Below, piece after piece: positions 27,049-38,451 of a stretch of DNA of 38,597 nucleotides (within the stretch, counting starts at the first letter, position 1; each line of letters starts with the position of its first letter). The translations under genes and the position numbers were made by a program. The DNA is from an uncultured Verrucomicrobiae bacterium (lineage in GTDB: Bacteria; Verrucomicrobiota; Verrucomicrobiia; Limisphaerales; JAFGQR01): positions 1 through 38,597 of the forward strand of contig CAWBHS010000115.1 in NCBI GenBank assembly GCA_963788655.1. The letters run 5' to 3'. The notes beneath the pieces are model-generated. The model saw nothing but the letters and a program-made list of their open reading frames with translations, was not told where the DNA came from and did no database searches.

Positions 27049-27684
27049 ATGTCGGATTTCGGCGTTCGGATTTCTGGGCTCATCACTGCCTTCGTGCTCC
27101 TCGCGGCCCCTTCGCTCCACGCCTATCCCGAATTCCGCGCCTTCATCGTCCAGCATTCTGGCCGGCCGGTGGATTGCGCCATGTGCCACGTTAGTCACGA
27201 CGGCCCGCAAGGCACTGGCCCGGGACAGATCGGCAGCCTGACACCCGCCGGACTGGAAGCGCTGGGTCGCGCCAGGACGGCCTTTGCCCCGGGGTCGAAG
27301 GCGGAAAACCCGATCCTCAACGCCTTCGGGAATCATATCATCCAGAGCATTGGCCTGACCAAGTTTCGTGAACTCCGGCTGATGCCCGCGGAGTTGGCGA
27401 AGGTTCTGCCGCCGGACAGCGACCTCGATGGCGACGGCATCTCCGACGTGCAGGAATACCTGGATGGCACCAGCCCCGTGGACAAGGACAGCGGCCTGCC
27501 GTGGCTGCTTTTCAAAAACAACTTCAAGCGAAATTTATCCGAGATTTTCCTGACCCTCGCGGCAACGGCAGCCGGACTTTACGGCCTCAGCCACCTGCTC
27601 CGCGGCTTCGCGAAGGCCACCGAAGTGACCTCGGAAGACGAAGAGGAACCCGGGCTGGAGGCAATTGAATCGAGACCGTCCTGA
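27049..27684 (+). CDS. Exported monoheme c-type cytochrome with Ca-binding-like DxDxDG motif and C-terminal membrane anchor; in-frame alternative start at 26662
   Basis: Signal-like LITAFVLLAAPSLHA|YPEF, DCAMCH, DSDLDGDGISDVQEYLDGTSP, C-terminal TM IFLTLAATAAGLYGL. Follows cytochrome b. Confidence 0.75.
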   Translation: MSDFGVRISGLITAFVLLAAPSLHAYPEFRAFIVQHSGRPVDCAMCHVSHDGPQGTGPGQIGSLTPAGLEALGRARTAFAPGSKAENPILNAFGNHIIQSIGLTKFRELRLMPAELAKVLPPDSDLDGDGISDVQEYLDGTSPVDKDSGLPWLLFKNNFKRNLSEIFLTLAATAAGLYGLSHLLRGFAKATEVTSEDEEEPGLEAIESRPS

Positions 27685-27717
27685 ACCTCAATCCATGCAT
27701 CGGAAGACACGACGACT

Positions 27718-29082
27718 ATGAAAACATCCAGATCGGAAACTGAAAGTGCGGCGCGGGTGCGTGGCACCCCTTCACAGGGACTATTTGGCGCCACGCTGGG
27801 CTTCTTTATCGGCTTCGCGGCCGTGGCGCTGTTCGGTCCCACCGCCAACAAGTTCAAGGAAGTGATGCACTTGACTCCGGTCATGGTGGGGTTCCTGGTA
27901 GCGATGCCCAGCCTTTCGGGGTCGCTGCTGCGCATCCCCTTCTCCGCGTGGGTGGACACCGATGGCGGGCGCAAACCTTTTCTGGTGCTGTTGGGACTCG
28001 CCATTGTGGGCATGGCTGGGCTGGCCTTCGTGGTTTCGTTCCTCTACCCGAACCGTCTCACGCCGGAGCTCTACCCGTTGTTGCTGTTGCTGGGTTTGTT
28101 CTGCGGAGCGGGCATCGCCACGTTCTCCGTGGGCATCAGCCAAGTTTCCTATTGGTATCCCAAGGAGCGCCAGGGCAGCGCGCTGGCCACGTACGGCGGT
28201 CTGGGCAATCTCGCCCCAGGGATCTTTTCGTTCCTCATCCCGGTGGCGCTGGGGTCAATCGGACTGGCTGGCTCCTACTGGGCCTGGTGCCTGTTCCTTG
28301 TCATTGGCACCGCGCTGTACTTCATGACCGGCCGGAACGCCTGGTATTTTCAACTGCGCTCCAAGGGGCTTTCCCGCGAAAACGCCCGAACAACAGCGGG
28401 TGAGCGGGGCCAGGAAATTTTCCCTTCGGGCAATGTCAAAACCAGTCTCCTGATTTCAGCCAAGGTCTGGAAAACCTGGGCACTGGTCGCGATTTATTTC
28501 ACGACGTTCGGCGGCTTCCTGGCCCTGACGGCCTGGTTCCCGACTTACTGGAAATCTTTCTTCGCCGTCAGCGCCGTCACCGCCGGCCTGCTGACCGCCG
28601 CCTATTCGATCCTCACCTCGCTCGTGCGTGTGGGAGGAGGCAGGCTTTCTGATCGAATCGGTGGGGAACGGACGGCCATCATGGCGCTGGGCACGATGCT
28701 GGTCGGCGCGGTGGTGATGACCTTCTCGCACACCTTCGCCATCTCGATTGCCGCCGCCCTCTTGATGGCGGTGGGCATGGGCGTGTCCAACGCGGCGGTG
28801 TTCAAGCTGGTGCCCCAGGAAGTGCCGCGCGCCGTCGGCGGAGCGGCCGGCTGGGTCGGTGGCCTCGGCGCCTTCGGCGGGTTCAGCATCCCGCCAATTC
28901 TGGGCGTGATTGTCACGCGGCAAGGTTTGGATGGCTACGCGTTTGGATTCATTGTATTTGTGGTGGTGAGCGGCCTCTCCTTGTTGCTGGCCATGGTGTT
29001 GAAACAAACGCATGCGCGGACAGTCCGCCGAAGCAACGTGGTTGCCAGCGCGGGATCCCTGGCCTCCAACCACGCCAAGTGA
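27718..29082 (+). CDS. narK: Nitrate/nitrite MFS transporter (NarK/NNP family)
   Basis: 12-TM MFS. GSLLRIPF, FSVGISQVSYWYPKERQGSALATYGGLGN nitrate signature, TFGGF, VRVGGGRLSDRIG, GWVGGLGAFGGF. In nar operon. Confidence 0.9.
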   Translation: MKTSRSETESAARVRGTPSQGLFGATLGFFIGFAAVALFGPTANKFKEVMHLTPVMVGFLVAMPSLSGSLLRIPFSAWVDTDGGRKPFLVLLGLAIVGMAGLAFVVSFLYPNRLTPELYPLLLLLGLFCGAGIATFSVGISQVSYWYPKERQGSALATYGGLGNLAPGIFSFLIPVALGSIGLAGSYWAWCLFLVIGTALYFMTGRNAWYFQLRSKGLSRENARTTAGERGQEIFPSGNVKTSLLISAKVWKTWALVAIYFTTFGGFLALTAWFPTYWKSFFAVSAVTAGLLTAAYSILTSLVRVGGGRLSDRIGGERTAIMALGTMLVGAVVMTFSHTFAISIAAALLMAVGMGVSNAAVFKLVPQEVPRAVGGAAGWVGGLGAFGGFSIPPILGVIVTRQGLDGYAFGFIVFVVVSGLSLLLAMVLKQTHARTVRRSNVVASAGSLASNHAK

Positions 29083-29125
29083 TCGAAGGAGGCTTGGGAA
29101 TTCAATTGTTGAAGCAATAAAGAAC

Positions 29126-29587
29126 ATGATTCGCGTTTGTCATCTGTTCATTTCACCCGGGCATAATTACTTCGGCCATCACGAACTGCCGGCGGGCACG
29201 CATCCCACGCTGGAGGTGGACCAGGCCGATTGCGTCGCCGGAAGGGGCATTCGGAGTGACCGGTTTTTCGACTTCAAAGAGAACTACCAAGGGCAAATCA
29301 CGTTCTTTTCCATGGACGTGTTCGATGCACTGCGCCGGGAATTGAACCTGCCGGAGGCGGCGCCGGCGGCTACGCGACGCAATGCGTTCGTTAGCGGCGT
29401 GGACCCGAACGCGCTCATCGGCGCTGAATTCGCAATCCAACGTGTACGCTTCAAGGGGATTTGCGAATGCAAACCCTGTTATTGGATGAACTCGGCGCTC
29501 GGCCCGGGCGCGGAGGAGTGGCTCAAAGGGCGCGGCGGTTTGCGGGCGCGCATTCTGACTGACGGCATTTTGCAACGGGACGCATGA
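29126..29587 (+). CDS. MOSC domain protein (Moco sulfurase C-terminal-like)
   Basis: AGRGIRSDRF, QITFF, TRRNAFV, CKPCYWM, GRGGLRARILTDG. Start ATG 29126; overlaps mobA. Confidence 0.88.
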   Translation: MIRVCHLFISPGHNYFGHHELPAGTHPTLEVDQADCVAGRGIRSDRFFDFKENYQGQITFFSMDVFDALRRELNLPEAAPAATRRNAFVSGVDPNALIGAEFAIQRVRFKGICECKPCYWMNSALGPGAEEWLKGRGGLRARILTDGILQRDA

Positions 29588-30162
29588 ACTTCAGCGCGGT
29601 CATACTGGCGGGAGGGGAATCGCGGCGCATGGGCCGCGACAAAGCTTGGCTGGAATTTGAAGGTCAACCACTCATCGCCCGCAGCCTGGCGGTGGCGTGG
29701 GAACTGGGTGCCACTGAAGTTTTCATTTCGGGACGCGTCGGCGAAGACTACTCCGCGCTGAACTGCCCGGTGCTCTTCGACTTGGAACCCGGCTTCGGTC
29801 CGCTCGGCGGCATCGAGCGCGGACTGCACGCCACCACGTCCCCCTTGCTGCTGGTGCTGGCGGTGGATTTGCCGCAAATGACGGCGGATTTTCTGCGCAA
29901 GCTGCTGGCAAAGTGCGATTCGCTGACCGGCGCAATGGCCAAGCTGGACGGCCGGTTCGAACCGCTGGTCGCCATCTATCCGAAACGCTGTCACGCCATC
30001 GCCTTCGATTTCGTCATCCACTCCCGCCACGCCGCCCGGGACTTTGCCGAGGCCTGCGTGCGGGAACACGCCGTGCGAACATTGACTGTCACTCCGTCGG
30101 ACGCCGGTTGCCTGGCGAACTGGAATTCGCCGGCGGATGCATCGCCGCCCGGTTGCTCATGA
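29584..30162 (+). CDS. mobA: Molybdenum cofactor guanylyltransferase
   Basis: ILAGGESRRMGRDKA, GPLGGI, LAVDLP, EPLVAIY, NWNSP. Confidence 0.93.
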   Translation: MNFSAVILAGGESRRMGRDKAWLEFEGQPLIARSLAVAWELGATEVFISGRVGEDYSALNCPVLFDLEPGFGPLGGIERGLHATTSPLLLVLAVDLPQMTADFLRKLLAKCDSLTGAMAKLDGRFEPLVAIYPKRCHAIAFDFVIHSRHAARDFAEACVREHAVRTLTVTPSDAGCLANWNSPADASPPGCS

Positions 30163-30299
30163 CAACGGTCTTGCTCGCGCGAGGCGTGGCGGACGGCGGA
30201 GCGGCCGCGGAGAACCCAATTCTGCTCCGGCCCCTTCGTCGGGATCGCTGAACAGATCGGCTTCCGGTTCGGGTTTTATAGCGAATGAAGGCAGATGCA

Positions 30300-30646
30300 T
30301 CAATGCGGAATTCCGATGCCGTGAACGTGCGCCAGCTGATGAGAGATTCGTCCGCACCTTCAACAAACCAATGGCCCTTTGCTTGTTGAAGGGAAACGGT
30401 CGAGGTCAGGTTTGTCGGAACGTCCTTAAACACTAACACGGGGCAACTCTGGTTTTCCTCATCGAGCAAGGGTGCCAACTCCGGTCGCGGTCGCGGAAAG
30501 TCAACATAGTGGACGTCCGCACATTGCTTGAGCGCTGGATAAAACTCCAGCAGGCCGACGATCTCGGCACAACCCGGACAGAAATATGGCCCCACTCCGG
30601 TGCCCAAAAAATCGGGTTTCAGCAGATATAATTGATCGTTGTTCAT
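30300..30646 (-). CDS. DUF3088-like protein (CPxC), with a one-base frameshift near 30347
   Basis: DQLYLLKPDF, YFCPGC, VDFPRPR, EENQSCPVLV. Restoring one base at the 30347-30348 run gives the family-like end ISHQLAHVHGIGIPH* (TGA 30300-30302). Confidence 0.75.
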
Positions 30647-30748
30647 GATGTGTTTCCTGTGTTCGCTGGTTTGCCTGTCGTCAGAATTCCAGGAGCCCTG
30701 ACGCCATTGTAGGTTCACCTTCGCCAAAAACGAGGACGAATCAAGCTA

Positions 30749-30771
30749 AAGATGTATTTGCAATACAACTT
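30749..30771. promoter_or_regulatory. NsrR-type (Rrf2) operator, 11-1-11 inverted repeat
   Basis: AAGATGTATTT-G-CAATACAACTT matches the NsrR consensus AAGATGYATTT-N-AAATRCATCTT. The palindrome extends to 30746-30774 and lies 40 nt upstream of a globin. Confidence 0.85.
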
Positions 30772-30810
30772 TAGAACAAATACGCTGCTGCGCGTAATGG
30801 CAGGCAGAAT

Positions 30811-31248
30811 ATGAACCCGAACATTCCAAGTCTTTACGAACGGATCGGCGGCCGGGAAACACTGGCAATCTTGTTGCGGCATTTTTATGCGGATATCCGG
30901 CAACACCGGTTGCTGGGGCCCGTCTTCAACCGGCACATCCACGATTGGCCGGCTCATCTGGCCAAGATTGGCGAGTTTTGGACCCGACTGACCGGCGGCC
31001 CCTCCAACTTCGTCGGCTCGCTGCCACATAAACACGCACCGCTCGGAATTGATGCCCGGCATTTTGACGCCTGGCTGGGATTGTGGGAGGCCAACTGCCG
31101 GTGTTATCTCGCGCCTCCCGAAGCTCTGGAATTGTTCGAACTCGCGCAGATGATTGGGCGGCGGCTTCAGAGCATCGTCGTCGCGGAAGCGCAACCGCAA
31201 CCCCAGTCGCCTGCAGCGGAACCGCAGGTTCCGCTGCGTCCAGTCTGA
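30811..31248 (+). CDS. Group III truncated hemoglobin (2/2 globin, trHbP/Ctb-like)
   Basis: FYADIRQHRLLGPVF (TyrB10), DWPAHLAKIGEFW, KHAPL (proximal His), HFDAWLGLW. Confidence 0.92.
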   Translation: MNPNIPSLYERIGGRETLAILLRHFYADIRQHRLLGPVFNRHIHDWPAHLAKIGEFWTRLTGGPSNFVGSLPHKHAPLGIDARHFDAWLGLWEANCRCYLAPPEALELFELAQMIGRRLQSIVVAEAQPQPQSPAAEPQVPLRPV

Positions 31249-31254
31249 TTTGAC

Positions 31255-32341
31255 ATGCTATGGAAACACTTGTCCGACCGATACGTTTGCCGAAGCCGAG
31301 ATCAACCGCCGGCTGACGCGCGAGGAGAAGATTCGCCTCTTGAGCCAGATGTTTCGCATCCGGCGCTTCGAGCAGACGGCGCTCAAGCAATACCAGACCA
31401 GCGGCCAGATGGGAGGTTTCCTGCACCTCTACACGGGCCAGGAGTCGGTGGCGGTCGGCACGATTTCGCTGTGCGGGGAGGACGATCATGTCATTGCCGG
31501 CTATCGCAGTCACGGTAATGCCCTGACGATGGGCATGTCCATGAACGAGTGCATGGCGGAATTGTTCGGCAAGGCCACCGGTTGCTCCAAAGGCAAGGGT
31601 GGTTCGATGCACTTGTTTGCGCCGGACAAGAATTACTGGGGCGGCCACGGCATCGTCGGCGGGCCAGACGCCGCTGGGACTCGGGTCTCGCCTTTGCGTT
31701 GAAATACAAAGGCATGAAAGGCTGCTGCCTGTGCTTCCTGGGCGACGGCGCGGTCAATCAGGGCGTCTATCAGGAATCGTTGAACCTGGCCTCGCTCTGG
31801 GATCTGCCCGTCATTTACATCATCGAGAACAATCAATATTCCATGGGCACCGAGTCTCGAACGTTCCTCGGCATTCAACGAACTGCCTCGCCGCCCGCGC
31901 CGAGGGCTACGGCATGGACTGGGATCGGATCAACGGCGAGGACATTTACGAAATCCGCTCCAGGACCTGGACGGCGATGGAGCGCGCGCGCAACGAACTT
32001 CGTCCCACGGTTCTGCAAATTGATACCTATCGTTATTACGGCCACTCGGTCGCCGGACGCCAACGCGAAGAAATATCGGACGCCGGAAGAAATTGAGAAA
32101 TACCGCCGCCTGCACGATCCGCTCAACTCTGGCAGCAACGACTGCTGGAAGAAGGCGTGGTCAATGACGAACAGATCAGCTGCACTCGACGGCGAAGCCA
32201 AAGCGGAAGCTGCCGAAGCCGTCGAGTTTGCCGAATCCAGTCCATTGCCCGAGCCGGACGGACATTTTCCACGACGTCTATTACGAAGTGGATCGCCAGA
32301 CGCCAGCGGGCCGCACCGGGAAGCATTTTTTCAACGACTAG
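31255..32341 (+). CDS. pdhA: Pyruvate dehydrogenase E1 alpha subunit (multiple apparent frameshifts; start approximate)
   Basis: Fragments across frames: [58 protein letters not shown] (ThDP motif), TYRYYGHS, ending HFFND*. Confidence 0.88.
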
Positions 32342-32348
32342 ATTCTCT

Positions 32349-33323
32349 ATGTCCGCCATCACCTATCGCAAAGCTCTGAACGACGCGCTTGCCGAGGAAC
32401 TCGCGCGCGACGAAAACGTCGTCATCATCGGCGAAGAAGTCGCGCAATACAACGGCGCCTACAAGGTGACCGAGGTCTCTGGAAACGTTTCGGCGACAAG
32501 CGCGTGCTGGACACGCCCATCAGCGAGGCGGCGTTTGTCGGACTGGGCGTCGGCGCCTCCATGCTGGGCGTGCGTCCGGTGATTGAGTTGATGTTCTGGA
32601 GCTTCGCCTATGTCGCCTTTGACCAAATCGTCAATAATGCCGGTTGCCTGCGTTACATGTCCGGCGGCCTGATGAATTGTCCGATGGTCATTCGCGGCCC
32701 GGCCAACGCCGGCACCAATGTCGGCGCGACGCATTCGCACACGCCGGAAAGCATTCTGGCGAACAATCCCGGCGTGAAGGTGGTTTGCCCCGCCACGGCC
32801 TACGACGCGAAGGGCCTGATGAAAACCGCGATTCGCGACAACGATCCGGTGTTCGTGATGGAAAACACGCTGCTTTACGGCGAAACGTGGGAAGTGCCGG
32901 AGGAAGAATACTTGATTCCGTTAGGCGTTGCCGATGTGAAACGCGAAGGCGCCGACGTTTCCCTGATTGCGCACGGTCGCGCGGTGATCACGAGTTTGAA
33001 AGCGGCGGAAATTCTGGCGAATGAACATGGAATCAACGCCGAGGTCGTGGATCTCCGCTCCATTCGCCCGCTCGATGAAGAAACCATTCTCCATTCCGTG
33101 CGCAAGACGCATCGCGCGGTGCTGGTGGACGAGAACAAGCCTTTCTGTGCCGTGAGCGCACAGATCGCCGCGACAATTCAGGAGAAGGCGTTCGATGATC
33201 TCGACGCGCCGGTGATGCGCGTTTGCACGCTGGACGCGCCGGCCATTTACAGTCCGCCGCTCGAAAAAATCCAACTGCCCACGCCCGAACGCGTCGTGGA
33301 AAAAGTCCTGGGCATCTGCCTGA
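32349..33323 (+). CDS. pdhB: Pyruvate dehydrogenase E1 beta subunit (apparent frameshift near 32476)
   Basis: [66 protein letters not shown]. Confidence 0.9.
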
Positions 33324-33334
33324 CACTCTCGCTT

Positions 33335-34578
33335 ATGCCCTACATCGAAATGCCCAAGTTAAGCGACACGATGACTGAAGGCACGGTCGTCATATGGCAC
33401 AAAACTGCCGGCGATTCGGTGGGCGTCGGCGATGTGATTGCCGACATTGAAACCGACAAGGCGGTAATGGAACTCGAGGCGTTTGACGAAGGCGTGTTGA
33501 AAGAGATTTACGTGGGCGAAGGCGGCAAGGCGCGGATTGGCGAAAAGCTGGCGCTGCTGCTGGCGATCGGCGAAACCGCTCCGAAGATTCGAAGGCGAAA
33601 TAACCAAACGCGCAGCAGCCACTCCCTCTTCTCCGCGTCAAGGCGGCGAGCGTGAAATTGTTCAACACGTCGCGCTCGACAAACCGGCGAGCCAGCCACA
33701 GGCAATCGCATCAAAGCTTCTCCGCTGGCGAAGAAAATTGCCCGCACCAAAGGCGTCGATCTGGCTTCGCTCCGCGGATCAGGTCCGGGTGGAAGAATCG
33801 TGGCGCCGACGATGGAATCGGCGCCGATCAGTGCGCCACCGTCAGCGCCAGCCGCCATTCCAGCATTTCCCGGAGGCTGCCGGGCGGCGCGAGCGCATTC
33901 CACTTACCGGCATGCGCAAAATCATCGCCGAGAGGTTGCTCGCCAGCAAAACGCAGATTCCGCATTTCTATCTGAACATCGAAGTGGATGCCGGCGAACT
34001 GGTCCGTTGGCGAACGGAATTGAACGCGCATTTGGAAAAGCCGGCGCGAGCAAAACTGACCATCAACGATTTCATTTTGAAAGCCGTGGTTGCCGCAGCG
34101 GTGAAAGTTCCCCGCGTCAACGCGTCCTTCGCCGGCGATGCGATCATCGAATACGCCGACGTTCATCTGTCGGTCGCCGTCGCCATTGAAGACGGTCTGG
34201 TGACGCCGGTGATTCGCCAGGCGCAGAAAAAATCGCTGCGCGAAATCAGCGAGCCGTGAAAGACCTCGCCATGCGCGCCCGCACCAAGAAACTCAAGCCG
34301 GAAGAATATCAGGGCGGCACGATCACGGTTTCCAATCTCGGCAGCTCCGGCATGGACAATTTCTCCGCCGTCATCAATCCGCCGCAGGCGATGATTCTGG
34401 CGATTGGCGCGATTGTGAAAAAGCCGGTGATCAACGAGCAGCGATCGAAATCGTTCCCGGCCACCGTCTGGCCATCGGCTTGAGCGCGGATCATCGCGTG
34501 GTGGACGGCGCGATTGGCGCGCAATATCTGGCGGAATTGCGGCGATTGATTGAAAATCCGACGCTGATGCTGATATAG
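33335..34578 (+). CDS. pdhC: Dihydrolipoamide acetyltransferase E2 (multiple apparent frameshifts)
   Basis: Lipoyl domain [11 protein letters not shown]...IETDKA, E3-binding [16 protein letters not shown], catalytic [36 protein letters not shown]. Confidence 0.88.
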
Positions 34579-34584
34579 TGATTT

Positions 34585-35968
<1,384 letters not shown>

Positions 35969-35986
35969 CCGGCGAGAGGAAGCGAT

Positions 35987-36226
35987 ATGGAGCAAGACAT
36001 CCAACCAGTTCAGGAATCGAAGACAGCGCCGACCTTCAATGAAAGCGTCGCGTGCGATGTTTGCGGGCGGTTCGGCGCCTACCGCCTTGGCGAGCGCTGG
36101 CTTTGCCCGGACTGTTACACCGGCAGCGGCTCGTGTTGTCCGGAGTTCGGGAAGGATGATTTGTGGGAATTCCAGGCGGAAGACCGCTGCCCGTCCACTC
36201 CGCCTGGCAATGTGACCAGCCAATGA
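35987..36226 (+). CDS. Small Cys-rich hypothetical protein (putative Zn-ribbon/metal-binding)
   Basis: 79 aa with CDVCG-x12-CPDC...SCC; 18 nt after lpdA, with purine-rich RBS-like gagagga. Confidence 0.6.
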   Translation: MEQDIQPVQESKTAPTFNESVACDVCGRFGAYRLGERWLCPDCYTGSGSCCPEFGKDDLWEFQAEDRCPSTPPGNVTSQ

Positions 36227-36293
36227 AAAAGGAGCGTGTTTAGAACATAGACTTTCGCTCAACATAGAAGATTGAGTTTACCTCAAACAGAAA

Positions 36294-38040
36294 ATGAATT
36301 CCAAAATAGCCAATTCTACGCGTGCCAATCCCTACCTGAAATCCACCCGGCCTTTTTCGGCCAAGGTGCTCGACGGCCCGGACCGCGCGCCGAGCCGGGC
36401 GATGCTGTACGCGGTCGGATTCAAACCCGAGGATTTCGCAAGCCGATGATCGGCGTGGCGTCGACCTGGAGCATGGTCACCCCGTGCAACATGCATATCG
36501 ACGAGCTGGCCGCGAGGCCGAGGTCGGCGCCAACGACGCCGGTGGCAAAGCCATGATCTTCAATACCATTACGGTTTCCGACGGCATCTCCATGGGCACC
36601 GAAGGCATGAAGTATTCGCTGGTCTCCCGCGAAGTCATTGCGGACTCGATCGAAACCGTCGCCGGTTGCGAAGGCATGGACGGCTTCGTGGCCATTGGCG
36701 GCTGCGACAAGAACATGCCGGGCTGCGTGATGGCGATGGCGCGGCTGAACCGTCCCGCGGTCTTTGTCTATGGCGGCACCATCCTGCCCGGCTGCCTCAC
36801 CGGAGACGACCGCAAGCTCGACATCGTCTCCGTTTTTGAAGCGGTCGGCGCGCATGCCGAACAAGCGAGATGGATCGATAAGGAATTCCAAGCGATTGAG
36901 ATCCTGCGCCATTCCCGGGCCGGGTCGTGCGGTGGCATGTACACCGCCAATACCATGGCCTCCGCGATTGAAGCCCTTGGGATGAGTCTGCCCAACAGCT
37001 CCGCCCAGAATGCCGTTTCGAAAGCGAAAATCGAAGATTGCCGGCGCGCCGGCGCCGCGGTCGTCGAACATGCTCAAGCGGGCATCTGCGTCCGCTCGAC
37101 ATCATGACTCGGGAGGCGTTTGAGAATGCCATCACCGTCGTCATCGCCCTGGGCGGCTCGACCAACGCCGTGCTGCATCTGCTGGCCATGGCGCATGCGG
37201 CCGAAGTGAAGCTGACGCTGGATGATTTCACCCGCATCGGCCGGCGGGTGCCGGTGCTGGCCGACCTCAAGCCCAGCGGCAAACATCTCATGTCCGAACT
37301 GGTTGCCATCGGTGGCATCCGGCCGCTGATGAAGATGCTGCTCGATGCCGGTCTGCTGCACGGTGATTGCCTGACCGTTACCGGCCAGACCATGGCGCGA
37401 GAAATCTGGCGAAGCGTGAAGCCTTATCCGCAAGAGCCAGAACATCATCCGGCCGCTCGACCAAGCCGATCAAGAGCGGACAGCCACCTGCGCATCCTTT
37501 ACGGCAACCTCGCGCCCGAAGGCGCGGTGGCCAAGATTACCGGCAAGGAAGGCATCCACTTCAGCGGCCAGGCCAGCGTGTTCCATTCCGAGGAAGAAGC
37601 CCTGGCAGCGATCATGGACGGCACCGTGGGGCGGGCGATGTGCATGGTCATCCGCTACGAAGGACCGAAAGGCGGCCCCGGCATGCGCGAAATGCTTGCG
37701 CCCACCTCGCGCCATCATGGGCAAGGGCCTGGGTAAGGACGTTGCGCTGATCACCGACGGCCGTTTCTCCGGCGGCAGCCATGGCTTCGTGGTTGGCCAT
37801 ATCACGCCGGAAGCTTATGTGGGCGGCCCCATCGCCCTGGTTAAGGATGGCGATCCCATCACGATTGATGCGGAAACCCGACAGATTAACCTGGAGCTTA
37901 CGGCCCGCGAGTTGAAGCAACGCCGCCAGGCCTGGAAAGCGCCTCGACCACGCTACACCCGGGGTGTGCTGGCGAAGTATGCCAGCACGGTTGCTTCCGC
38001 CTCACTGGGCGCCGTCACCGATTTGGATCTTGAACTCTAA
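36294..38040 (+). CDS. ilvD: Dihydroxy-acid dehydratase, PCN ([2Fe-2S])-type (multiple apparent frameshifts)
   Basis: [87 protein letters not shown]. Confidence 0.92.
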
Positions 38041-38168
38041 ACCCGAAACAGGCTTCGCCCACCTCGCGCGACAACGCGCCTAGCCTGGATATTTCATAAG
38101 GGCGTTCATAATTGAGGGTCAAAACGCGATTCCACCCGCTGTTGACGCGGTTTTCCACCCCGTTCGGT

Positions 38169-38399
38169 TTAAGCAACCGCCACCGACAGTGTGTTAATCC
38201 TTTCGGGAGCGTTGCCGGGCCTTGGAGCTGGAACCTGTTTTCTGACCAGATGCAATTCGCCCCGGTCGAGCAACTCCCACTGCACCGCTTCGCCGGGTTG
38301 CAGCCCAATGGCCGCGGCCAGGGGAATGGGAAAATAGACATACCGTTTGGGCGTTTGGCCTTTGGGGCGAATGGCCTGCACTTTGAGTAAATATTTCAC
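38169..38399 (-). CDS. Small AbrB/MazE-like (swapped-hairpin) protein of the type found as IS accessory ORF
   Basis: KVQAIR...YVYFPIPLAAAIGLQPGEAVQWELLD matches the AbrB pattern (v.iP..l...lgl.pGe.v.w). GTG start 38399. Confidence 0.6.
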   Translation of the reverse strand: MKYLLKVQAIRPKGQTPKRYVYFPIPLAAAIGLQPGEAVQWELLDRGELHLVRKQVPAPRPGNAPERINTLSVAVA

Positions 38400-38410
38400 T
38401 GGATTTTCTA

Positions 38411-38451
38411 TATCTAGCCTATAGACTAGATACATGGCTAACGCAAGTCAA
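38411..38451 (-). promoter_or_regulatory. Sigma70-like promoter overlapped by a 22-bp palindrome
   Basis: TTGACT (38451-38446), 17 bp, TAGTCT (38428-38423). Palindrome tatctagcctatagactagata (38411-38432) covers the -10. Confidence 0.6.

Noticed and set aside
30089..30300. Long basic C-terminal tail of the DUF3088-like ORF overlapping mobA
   Set aside because: Product of a one-base frameshift near 30347; the corrected frame stops at 30300.
32504..33655. Apparent PdhB-lipoyl domain fusion
   Set aside because: An extra base at ...atctgcctga (33320) in an indel-rich region bypasses the likely pdhB stop; pdhC has its own ATG at 33335.
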